This document shows, piece by piece, positions 1 through 7,568 of a stretch of DNA of 64,000 nucleotides. Position numbers and translations under genes: made by a program. Source of the DNA: a virus (taxonomy: Duplodnaviria > Caudoviricetes); IMG/VR virus record IMGVR_UViG_3300023174_000048, positions 32,001-96,000 of that record; one strand, 5' to 3'. The notes below the pieces were generated by a model. It saw only the letters and a list, made by a program, of their open reading frames with translations, did not search any database and was not told the origin of the DNA. Every line of letters begins with the position of its first letter. Position 1 is the stretch's first letter.

Positions 1-159
1 TATGAGAATATGTCATCTTATGGTCATAAAATGTCATTTTGGCAGAAATTAAGGTATATTTATCAGGTTTTAATTCATAATCGCCCATACTCTGATCAAA
101 TTATCCTTAATAAAGAGCAACTCAAAGACCTTGGTATGTTTATTAATGGGTGTATATAA
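1..159 (+). CDS. 3' end of hypothetical protein (truncated by window start)
   Basis: Frame 1 open from position 1 to TAA at 157-159 (YENMSSYGHKMSFWQKLRYIYQ...GCI*). Confidence 0.6.
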   Translation, partial: YENMSSYGHKMSFWQKLRYIYQVLIHNRPYSDQIILNKEQLKDLGMFINGCI

Positions 160-160
160 T
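149..160 (+). promoter_or_regulatory. GGTGTA-type upstream motif (GGTGTATATAAT)
   Basis: Recurrent motif about 35 nt upstream of ORF 194; includes TATAAT at 155-160. Confidence 0.45.
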
Positions 161-193
161 ACTGTCTCTTAAAATACTATCAAGGAGGCTATT

Positions 194-379
194 ATGATAA
201 TGAAAAACTATGTTACTGATGAATTAATCAATAAAGTATATCATCTAACTAAGGCTCTTAATCAGGCAGAGTCGATTATTAAAACTCTTGAAGTAGAGAA
301 TGATAATCTTAAAGAAACATTATCGTTAATATATGATAGAGAAAATTTAGTAAACAACGACTTTTTAGTAGAGGTATAA
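194..379 (+). CDS. small coiled-coil hypothetical protein
   Basis: GGAGG SD at about 184-188; heptad-like LNQAESIIKTLEVENDNLKETL. Confidence 0.7.
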   Translation: MIMKNYVTDELINKVYHLTKALNQAESIIKTLEVENDNLKETLSLIYDRENLVNNDFLVEV

Positions 380-380
380 G

Positions 381-566
381 ATGAGTCGCCTAGCCAAAAA
401 TAGTCATGACAAAATGATATTTGGAGTTTGTGGAGGACTAGCAAAAGCCACAGGCATAGATTCGTCACTAATAAGATTAGGATTCGTAGTTGGAGCAATT
501 TTTACTGGAAGTATTTTGTTTTGGATTTATCTTTTACTTGGAATAGTTCTACCTATTGACGAATAA
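381..566 (+). CDS. pspC: PspC-domain membrane protein
   Basis: RL.K...DKMIFGVCGGLA...GIDSSLIRL...WIYLLLGIVLP matches the PspC family pattern. Confidence 0.85.
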   Translation: MSRLAKNSHDKMIFGVCGGLAKATGIDSSLIRLGFVVGAIFTGSILFWIYLLLGIVLPIDE

Positions 567-1129
567 TGATTTATTTTATATCTGATACCCACTTTGGACA
601 CAAGAACATTGTGGGATATTGTAAAAGACCATTTACTGATACTCACGAAATGAATAAGACCATTATTGATAATATCAATAGTGTTGTTAAGCCAAAAGAT
701 ACTCTTTATTTTCTTGGAGATTTTTGTCATAGAGGCGGAGATCCTAAGAAATATCGAAAACAAATAATTTGTGAAGATATTCATGTGATTCTTGGTAACC
801 ATGACAACGAAGATAAATTTAGTGAAAAAGATTTTTCTTCCATAGGACTAATGAAAGAAGTGATTCATTGTAATCAAAAGATTATTCTGTTTCATTATCC
901 TATGAGAGCATGGAATAAAAGTTATCGTAAAAGTTGGATGCTGTATGGTCATGTTCACGGCAGACTTCACAATGAGGATGAATCACTAGGACGCTTTACG
1001 CTTGATGTGGGCGTGGATAATAAAAGGGACGGGGTTGGATTTGGTACTCCGTACAGTTTTAAAGAGATTCAGAAACTATTTGGCGACAGAGAGAAAAAAT
1101 TCAAGGTCGCCCAGTTGACAAGCCGATAA
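566..1129 (+). CDS. calcineurin-like metallophosphoesterase
   Basis: Motifs SDTHFGH, LGDF, LGNHD, HYP, YGHVH. Confidence 0.9.
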   Translation: MIYFISDTHFGHKNIVGYCKRPFTDTHEMNKTIIDNINSVVKPKDTLYFLGDFCHRGGDPKKYRKQIICEDIHVILGNHDNEDKFSEKDFSSIGLMKEVIHCNQKIILFHYPMRAWNKSYRKSWMLYGHVHGRLHNEDESLGRFTLDVGVDNKRDGVGFGTPYSFKEIQKLFGDREKKFKVAQLTSR

Positions 1130-1142
1130 AGGATGTTAGAAT
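1115..1142 (+). promoter_or_regulatory. sigma70-type promoter, 16-bp spacer, extended -10
   Basis: TTGACA (1115-1120), 16 nt containing CCGATAA, TGnTAGAAT (-10 at 1137-1142). Confidence 0.75.
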
Positions 1143-1148
1143 GAAGGA

Positions 1149-1188
1149 GTCAAGCGAGAGTATCAGTCATGCGACTGACTCGCAAGAC
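1149..1188 (+). promoter_or_regulatory. structured 5' leader hairpin
   Basis: gtc-aa-GCGAG-agta-TCAGTC-atgc-GACTGA-CTCGC-aa-gac nested stems beginning at the predicted start site. Confidence 0.55.
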
Positions 1189-1217
1189 AAGAATTGGAAA
1201 TGATTTGGAGGTTGATT

Positions 1218-1499
1218 ATGGCTGAAGTTACTACGGTTGATAAGCAGACTCGTATTCGTTGCAGTGATGAGCAGTTTCTTGAGGCAGTTTTTTCTAGCAA
1301 GACTTATGCTGAGATTGCTAGTAAGACTGGTCAGAAGGTTGCTAGTACGATGGCTCGTTATGCCCGTACAAAGTCCGCTCTGACAAAGAAGGGTATTGAA
1401 CTACCCGTTATGGAACGTGCGAAGCCAACCAAGACGGTTGACAACGTAGAGGCTATGGCAGAGGTTGTTCGTCGCCTCAAGGCTCATGCGAACGGTTGA
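1218..1499 (+). CDS. small basic protein, probable HTH DNA-binding
   Basis: GGAGG SD at 1207-1211 favours ATG 1218; TYAEIASKTGQKVASTMARYARTK is HTH-like; no TTA codons. Confidence 0.65.
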   Translation: MAEVTTVDKQTRIRCSDEQFLEAVFSSKTYAEIASKTGQKVASTMARYARTKSALTKKGIELPVMERAKPTKTVDNVEAMAEVVRRLKAHANG

Positions 1500-1510
1500 T
1501 TAAAACCAAA

Positions 1511-1592
1511 AGGTGATCGGCTACAATAGTTTAAATGGTTGAGGCACACAAAGATTCAACCTCAAATCATTGATTGTTGTAGTCGGTCACTT
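1511..1592 (+). ncRNA. long imperfect RNA hairpin directly 5' of tRNA-Leu
   Basis: AGGTGATCGGCTACAA (1511-1526) pairs fully, with G-U wobbles, to TTGTAGTCGGTCACTT (1577-1592); inner AATGGTT/AATCATT and TGAGG/CCTCA stems. Confidence 0.55.
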
Positions 1593-1596
1593 ATAT

Positions 1597-1671
1597 GGGA
1601 GCGTAGTCCAATTGGCAGCAGACAAAGGACTTAAAATCCTTCCAGTGTGGGTTCGAGTCCCACCGCTCCTA
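1597..1671 (+). tRNA. trnL-TAA: tRNA-Leu (anticodon TAA), short variable loop, CCA not encoded
   Basis: Acceptor GGGAGCG/CGCTCCT, D-stem GTC/GAC, anticodon stem AAGGA/TCCTT with loop CTTAAAA, T-arm GTGGG-TTCGAGT-CCCAC, discriminator A. Confidence 0.93.
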
Positions 1672-1711
1672 TTTTTAGAACGATAATTATCTTTAAGAAT
1701 AAGGAAATAAA

Positions 1712-1933
1712 ATGAGCAAAAATGTTTTAGAACTATATAAGATTGGTAGTAGGGTTAAGTTGACTGATGATGTTTATGGAACAATTGAAGAAATAAATAT
1801 TTTTGGAGATAATTCTGTTAGTTACAAGTGTGGTTGGTGGAACGGACGAAGTTATTGTGCCGAACACTTTGCCCCTAATGCTATTGAAGTTGTTATGCCA
1901 GAAAAATTTAAGATAGGTTTCCACAATGAATGA
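1712..1933 (+). CDS. hypothetical protein (small beta-rich, SH3/KOW-like)
   Basis: AAGGA SD; YKIGSRVKL...GTIEEINI pattern. Confidence 0.65.
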   Translation: MSKNVLELYKIGSRVKLTDDVYGTIEEINIFGDNSVSYKCGWWNGRSYCAEHFAPNAIEVVMPEKFKIGFHNE

Positions 1934-2336
1934 AAACTCTAATCCACTAGATTATCTAATCGAACTTTGTGAAAAAGCCGTTGATTATGGCACAATAACA
2001 AGATTTACGATTCTTAATGCCAAGAATGAATTAGCAAAATTGAGGCAATCAAAAATAGATTTGGCTCAAGATGCTCTCAATGCTAATAAGAATAGTATTG
2101 ATGATAATAATCGTTGGTTAAGTTGTGAAAAAGAATTGGTTGCCCTAAAGGAAAAAATCAAAACTATTTTTAGTCAACCTGTCGCCTATGGTTTAATTAA
2201 CGATAGACATGATCTATATAATCTAACTTTGCATTATAATAGGTTTGATGACAAAGATAATAAATTAATACCGTTATACTCAAATAGAGAAGAATTCTTA
2301 CAAGGGGATTGGCAAAGTGGTAAGTTATCCAAATAG
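1926..2336 (+). CDS. hypothetical protein
   Basis: Translationally coupled ORF with coiled-coil centre. Confidence 0.65.
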   Translation: MNENSNPLDYLIELCEKAVDYGTITRFTILNAKNELAKLRQSKIDLAQDALNANKNSIDDNNRWLSCEKELVALKEKIKTIFSQPVAYGLINDRHDLYNLTLHYNRFDDKDNKLIPLYSNREEFLQGDWQSGKLSK

Positions 2337-2655
2337 GTATTTTAAGGGATGGTGTTCTAATGAAGGTAATCCACGATCTCATATTCTTCATTATCATATT
2401 CTCACTATTAGAGATATTAGTGACTATAATGGCGGATTCATCCCAGAAGAAGTAAATTCTTTAGAAGAATACTTTAATGTTGATGGTATAGGAACTGATG
2501 AACCATACTATATGGTTACTGGAACATTCAAGTTTGATTTTGCACGAACTCCTATTAAAATTCTGGAAACAAATGAACTAAAAACTGCCATTGATATTGT
2601 TGAACAACTAACAGGGAATATTATCAGAGAAGATGAAGTATACAATTCACGATGA
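2317..2655 (+). CDS. hypothetical protein
   Basis: Overlapping ORF in the run of + strand genes. Confidence 0.65.
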   Translation: MVSYPNRYFKGWCSNEGNPRSHILHYHILTIRDISDYNGGFIPEEVNSLEEYFNVDGIGTDEPYYMVTGTFKFDFARTPIKILETNELKTAIDIVEQLTGNIIREDEVYNSR

Positions 2656-3163
2656 TGGTTTTGGTTGTTTTGAAGAAGGTGGTTGTGCTGAATTCTATTG
2701 GATAAAAGAGGATAAAACTCTTGGCTTCAAACAATTTGGTAGTAAAAAGACTGCCATTATCGCTTACAATAAACAAAAATTGTTGAGTAAGTTTGATCTT
2801 GCTCCTAAAGTTGTTGGTAAAATTACCAAATTAAAATATGAGTGGGGCGACGATACTGGTTGGGGATATGTTACAGAACGAGCAAAAGTTCTTGACGAAG
2901 AGGTGATGAAAAAAAGACTACGAGATATTCAGAATCTTGTGGAAACTATTGAAAATAAAACCCGCCTAAGATTTTGGGATTGCCATTATTGGAATGTGGG
3001 ATATGTTAAACGAAATAATAAGGCTAAATTAGTTTGTATTGATACTGGGCCTGAGAGTTTTAGTAGTATTGCAAATGCTTGGGGAATGGCAACTCCTGGC
3101 CCAAAATGTGGTTATTGTAATAGATATCAATGCCATTGTAGTGATGCTTATTGGTGTGATTAG
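2633..3163 (+). CDS. minimal protein-kinase-like (PKL) fold protein
   Basis: Gly loop EEGGCAEFY, Lys in GFKQF, catalytic loop WDCHYWN, DFG-equivalent IDTG; Cys-rich C-terminus. Confidence 0.65.
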   Translation: MKYTIHDDGFGCFEEGGCAEFYWIKEDKTLGFKQFGSKKTAIIAYNKQKLLSKFDLAPKVVGKITKLKYEWGDDTGWGYVTERAKVLDEEVMKKRLRDIQNLVETIENKTRLRFWDCHYWNVGYVKRNNKAKLVCIDTGPESFSSIANAWGMATPGPKCGYCNRYQCHCSDAYWCD

Positions 3164-3165
3164 AT

Positions 3166-3173
3166 GGTGTATT
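3166..3173 (+). promoter_or_regulatory. GGTGTATT motif
   Basis: Intergenic, about 10 nt before the AAGGAG SD of ORF 3196. Confidence 0.5.
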
Positions 3174-3195
3174 CTTTATGTAAAGGAGTACTATT

Positions 3196-3531
3196 ATGTC
3201 CAGAGATTTTGACGATATTTCAAAACAAATAATTCAACAGAATAAAGACCTAAAGAGTAGAGATAATTCTATATCTAAGGAGATTTCTGATCTTAAAAAA
3301 AGTGTAAAAAACATAGAAAATAAGATACGATCTATGGATGATACTCTTATTAAGTTATTTGATATATTGAATACTATTACGGTCTTTATTGAAGACGCTG
3401 AATCAATAAACGATTCAGAGGATGAAGAAGATTGGACTCCTTATGATGAAAGAAGTTTTGCGTATGATGATGAGGATGACGATGATGACGAAAATGTTGA
3501 TGGTTGGGGCATTAGAGAGGATGAAAGTTAA
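3196..3531 (+). CDS. coiled-coil protein with acidic tail
   Basis: AAGGAG SD; heptads followed by a D/E-rich C-terminus. Confidence 0.75.
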   Translation: MSRDFDDISKQIIQQNKDLKSRDNSISKEISDLKKSVKNIENKIRSMDDTLIKLFDILNTITVFIEDAESINDSEDEEDWTPYDERSFAYDDEDDDDDENVDGWGIREDES

Positions 3532-3773
3532 TGGCTAGTTTGGCACTGTTGGTATCACTAATGTTTTTATTTGTGGTGCTACTTGGGCCAGCAACATGGT
3601 TATTAAGTAAATCAAGATTCATTCCAAAATTCGTAATATACATAATGGGACTTTTGAGCATTTTAATAGGAATATATTGGTGTTTTTTACCAGTTAATTT
3701 GCTCAGATTTTTTGGTTTGCTTACGGCATATTTAGGATGGATGGCGATACAATCTAAAGATAGAGGGGCTTGA
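3531..3773 (+). CDS. small membrane protein (about 3 TM)
   Basis: Three hydrophobic stretches; start overlaps upstream stop. Confidence 0.7.
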   Translation: MASLALLVSLMFLFVVLLGPATWLLSKSRFIPKFVIYIMGLLSILIGIYWCFLPVNLLRFFGLLTAYLGWMAIQSKDRGA

Positions 3774-3797
3774 CAACCGATAACACTGTGGTATGAT
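3770..3797 (+). promoter_or_regulatory. sigma70-type promoter, 16-bp spacer, extended -10
   Basis: TTGACA (3770-3775), ACCGATAACACTGTGG, TATGAT (3792-3797); upstream of rIIA. Confidence 0.75.
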
Positions 3798-3843
3798 TGG
3801 GTTATCACAGGGAACGATTCACAGGACATTTGGAGACATAAAG

Positions 3844-6504
3844 ATGAAGTTGGCAGATCGCGTTATTGAGACTCATAGTGCTGGTGTTCGTAGCGAGTCT
3901 GGTTTTACAATCGCTCAGACTAGCAAAATGTTTAAAATCCTTTCGGACTCTCTTTATTCTGATAAGGTTATGGCAGTTATTCGTGAACTGTCTACTAATG
4001 CTTATGATAGTCATATTAGTGCTGGCAATAAGAATCCCTTCAAGGTGATCTTGCCAACATCTGCTAATCCGTCTTTTACAGTGCGTGATTATGGCACTGG
4101 GCTTAGTCAGGGCGATATGGAGAACCTGTATACAACCTACGGTGCTTCTAATAAGAATGATAGCAACGATTTTGTTGGTTGTCTTGGTCTTGGGAGTAAG
4201 AGTCCGTTTGCTTATACCAAGAGTTTTACTACTAGTTCTTATTTTAATGGAATTAAGTATACCTATATTGCCGCTATTGATGATAGTGGTGTTCCTACTC
4301 TGAATCTTTTTAATACTTGTGAAACTGACGAGGCTAATGGTCTTGAAATCAGTTTTGCTGTTAAGAACCATGATTTTAGTGAGTTTACCAACAAGGCTAT
4401 TAGGATTTTCCACTATTTCCGAATGAAACCCATCATTGAAGGTGGACTTGGAAATAATCTGCAAGATCATAAGTATAGCAATACCAATATTGTTATTAGT
4501 GGTAACGGCTGGAGAGTTTGCAGACTCAATAATGATACCCAGTATTACCCTAATAATTATCATCGTATTGATAGTGGTGTTGTTGCTATCATGGGTAATA
4601 TTGCATATCCTGTTCAGACCGCTCAGATTATTGGTCAGGAAAAGGAAGACCAACCAGATCATATTGCCAAGTGGAATAGGGCTTTCCAGAAGGCCGATAT
4701 TGATTCGTGGAAGAGTTTTGTTACTGAGATCATTAATTCTGGTCTTTATCTGGAACTTGATTTTGGTATTGGCGAACTGGAAATGGATGTTTCCCGTGAA
4801 GGTTTGCAGTATACCAAGAGTGTTATTAAAACTCTGCGTCAAAAGACTCAAGAGATTTATCTTGAGATGAAGGACGAATTTAGTAAGAAGATTTCTGCCG
4901 CCACAACCAAGATTGAGGCTATCACAACATATTATCAGATGAATGAATTGTCTGGTGGATGGGGTGTTGGTGCATCTTGGACTGATCCTAATGGTAAAAA
5001 CCACAACATTAATAGTGGTGCTGACCTTGAATATAAAATCAAGGCCGGTAAGAACCTGTACGTTTTTAACTACAAGAGCAGCGGGTATCGTTCACGACGC
5101 CTTATTTCTCTTACAGATAAAATCCATCACGATACTCTTACTGGTAAGGGATATTCTTACTGGAATGCCCAAAAGAAGAATGGGAAAATTGCTTTTTTTG
5201 TTTGTGATGTTAAGGGTGAAGAAACTGCCAAGAAGATTGTGACACGTTATTGTGGTCAAAATGATTGTTTTGCATATATGATTATGGACACAAAGGATCA
5301 TACTCAAAGCGACAAGGGTTTTGATGATCTGATTAGTGATGTTGGAGAGTCGAATCTGCTCAAGGTTTCTGACTATAAGCATCTTACTCAAAGTTCTGGC
5401 CCTCGTAAAAGTGGAGTCAGAAATAGTAATGGTAGTGTGAGCGATCAAGACATATTCTTTATTCATGGTCAGTCTAAGGATTCTGGTAAACTTAGTGTCG
5501 AATATAATGATGCTCTAAGTTTGAAAACTCTTACAAGTGACGAACTAGATGAATTGAGTGATAGTGATTCTATCATTTATGTTCCTATTCTTCGTTATCA
5601 AAGCACACCAGAGTTTCCTAAGATCAATAAGATTGTATCGCTATTTGATAATGAGAATATCAAGGGACTGTTTGGAAATGTGAAGGTTTATGCTATCAAG
5701 AGCAATTTTGTAGCAAAAATGACCAGTGAAGGACACAATCTTGTTGACTTTAACACTTGGTTTAAGAAGATTCTCTCAACAAAGATTAAGAATTATTTTA
5801 ACAATACCAATGAGTACAACTCTATTGTTGAATTCTACAAAAAAGAATTTATCAGTAAGGATGGTGATAACGATAATTATTATTACAATCATGGAACATT
5901 GGTTAGCCAGTTCTCTTGTCATATGTTGAGTATTTTTGGTCTTGAATATAAGAAATATATCAAGAACACTGAACTATGTAGTATTATTGATAGTTTTCTT
6001 GTAATGGAATTCTTTGCTGATACTATGCACAGAGCAACTTTTGATCTGAAACGATTCTCTCAGACTGAATATTTTGACCATATTAACTCTTTGCTAAAGG
6101 ATCGAGGTATTGATAATCTTGATAGTAAAGAACTCAAGAAGAAAAATGTACAGTATAACACTCTTATAAATATTCAACATCAGATGTTTGACTATTTTGA
6201 TGACACTGAGGAATATACTAAATTGTTTAAGTCTGATACTAAAGTAATCAAGTATAAGTTGACCAAAGCGGCAGACTTGAAGAAAATTCTTAAAGTCGAG
6301 GTTGACAAGAACCCGATGTTGAAGTATATTATGGGAAGCAACCAGAATAACGGCAGTATTAGAGATTTGGACAGCAAGAATAATCCTATCTCTCAATTTG
6401 CTGATAATTATTATGGTAAGAGAAATAATACTATATGGGTTGAGACTATGGATAGCGACAAGATTGATTTGTTTAAGATTCAATTGAGTAGTTTGATCAA
6501 GTAA
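3844..6504 (+). CDS. rIIA: RIIA-like protein (N-terminal GHKL ATPase)
   Basis: GHKL motifs IRELSTNAYDSH, VRDYGTGLS, GCLGLGSKSPFAY; directly upstream of rIIB; ATG 3844 follows GGAG. Confidence 0.9.
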   Translation: MKLADRVIETHSAGVRSESGFTIAQTSKMFKILSDSLYSDKVMAVIRELSTNAYDSHISAGNKNPFKVILPTSANPSFTVRDYGTGLSQGDMENLYTTYGASNKNDSNDFVGCLGLGSKSPFAYTKSFTTSSYFNGIKYTYIAAIDDSGVPTLNLFNTCETDEANGLEISFAVKNHDFSEFTNKAIRIFHYFRMKPIIEGGLGNNLQDHKYSNTNIVISGNGWRVCRLNNDTQYYPNNYHRIDSGVVAIMGNIAYPVQTAQIIGQEKEDQPDHIAKWNRAFQKADIDSWKSFVTEIINSGLYLELDFGIGELEMDVSREGLQYTKSVIKTLRQKTQEIYLEMKDEFSKKISAATTKIEAITTYYQMNELSGGWGVGASWTDPNGKNHNINSGADLEYKIKAGKNLYVFNYKSSGYRSRRLISLTDKIHHDTLTGKGYSYWNAQKKNGKIAFFVCDVKGEETAKKIVTRYCGQNDCFAYMIMDTKDHTQSDKGFDDLISDVGESNLLKVSDYKHLTQSSGPRKSGVRNSNGSVSDQDIFFIHGQSKDSGKLSVEYNDALSLKTLTSDELDELSDSDSIIYVPILRYQSTPEFPKINKIVSLFDNENIKGLFGNVKVYAIKSNFVAKMTSEGHNLVDFNTWFKKILSTKIKNYFNNTNEYNSIVEFYKKEFISKDGDNDNYYYNHGTLVSQFSCHMLSIFGLEYKKYIKNTELCSIIDSFLVMEFFADTMHRATFDLKRFSQTEYFDHINSLLKDRGIDNLDSKELKKKNVQYNTLINIQHQMFDYFDDTEEYTKLFKSDTKVIKYKLTKAADLKKILKVEVDKNPMLKYIMGSNQNNGSIRDLDSKNNPISQFADNYYGKRNNTIWVETMDSDKIDLFKIQLSSLIK

Positions 6505-6540
6505 TTCACAAGGTAACTAAAAACAATAGGAGTTTATATC

Positions 6541-7419
6541 ATGAGTGTTCCGTTTATGTTTGTTGATGGTAATCTGACGGTTGTGCTGAATAATAAGAGT
6601 TTTCAGGTTCTGCCTGACCACCTTAATTATAAGATGATTCTGGAGGCACTTCCCTCCGCAACTTCTGATGAGTTGCTTGAAATGATTGATATTGAGAAGG
6701 CAGTTGCTACTTTTAGCGATGGTCTTGTTGAGATCAAGAATGGTCAGGTAACTTATGAGGGTGAGGTTGTTCATGGGTCGATTAGCAAGAGAATTCTGGA
6801 GTTTATGAGCAAGGGTCTGCCTTTTCAGCCTCTTGTTAATTTCCTGAATAATCTTATGGAAAATCCTAGTATGCAGAGTCAAAAGGAACTCTACGATTTC
6901 CTTGAGCATGAGCATCTGCCTATTACTGAGGATGGTTATTTCCTTGCCTATAAGGCAGTCAGAGCAGATTACATGGACAAATATCGCGGAGTATTTGATA
7001 ATCATGTTGGTAATGTTTGCGAAATGACCCGATCAAAGGTTGATGATGATCGTGGTCGAGGTTGTTCTAATGGACTTCATGCTGGTGCATTGAATTATGT
7101 GGCCGGTTATGGTAGTCTGGAAAGTGGTGATAAGATTGTTATCGTTAAGATTAATCCTGCTGATGTTGTGAGTGTTCCTAGTGATTGCAACTATGAGAAA
7201 CTTCGCACTTGCCGATATGAAGTTGTCGGAGAGTATCAAGGCGAACTACTCAAGCCTCTTTATTCATCTGTCTTTAGTGAGGATGATTACGAGGACGAGG
7301 ACGAAGATTATGATAATGATTATGATTGGGGATGGAATGAGGATGATGACGAAGAGGCTGAAGAGGCTTATGCTGAAGATGACGAGGATGATGAGTTTGA
7401 TAACTCTTATCCTGGTTGA
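6541..7419 (+). CDS. rIIB: RIIB-like protein with acidic tail
   Basis: LYDFLEH..LPITEDGYFLAYKAV, CSNGLHAG, VKINPADVVSVP.D....KLRTCRYEVV. Confidence 0.9.
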   Translation: MSVPFMFVDGNLTVVLNNKSFQVLPDHLNYKMILEALPSATSDELLEMIDIEKAVATFSDGLVEIKNGQVTYEGEVVHGSISKRILEFMSKGLPFQPLVNFLNNLMENPSMQSQKELYDFLEHEHLPITEDGYFLAYKAVRADYMDKYRGVFDNHVGNVCEMTRSKVDDDRGRGCSNGLHAGALNYVAGYGSLESGDKIVIVKINPADVVSVPSDCNYEKLRTCRYEVVGEYQGELLKPLYSSVFSEDDYEDEDEDYDNDYDWGWNEDDDEEAEEAYAEDDEDDEFDNSYPG

Positions 7420-7428
7420 TTAAAATCG

Positions 7429-7493
7429 AAGGAATAGTCTGGGGACTGGATTAGTTAGTGCTAACTCTTAGGGTTCGATCCCCTAATTCCTTT
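7429..7493 (+). ncRNA. minimal tRNA-like RNA (intact acceptor and T arms, degenerate D and anticodon arms)
   Basis: AAGGAAT/ATTCCTT 7-bp stem stacked on TAGGG-TTCGATC-CCCTA; internal AGTC/GACT and AGTTAG/CTAACT hairpins; followed by a T run. Confidence 0.55.
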
Positions 7494-7568
7494 TTGCCGA
7501 CCATGACAGTAGCGTTTACTATCCCGGCTTATTTTGAGGTTGTTTACAATTACAGGTAACGGTGAAAT

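Noticed and set aside
3805-5004. 399-aa antisense ORF and other in-register antisense ORFs over rIIA/rIIB
   Set aside because: Shadow ORFs caused by absence of TTA/CTA/TCA in the sense frame; no SD or protein motifs. Used instead as evidence for the codon-avoidance finding.
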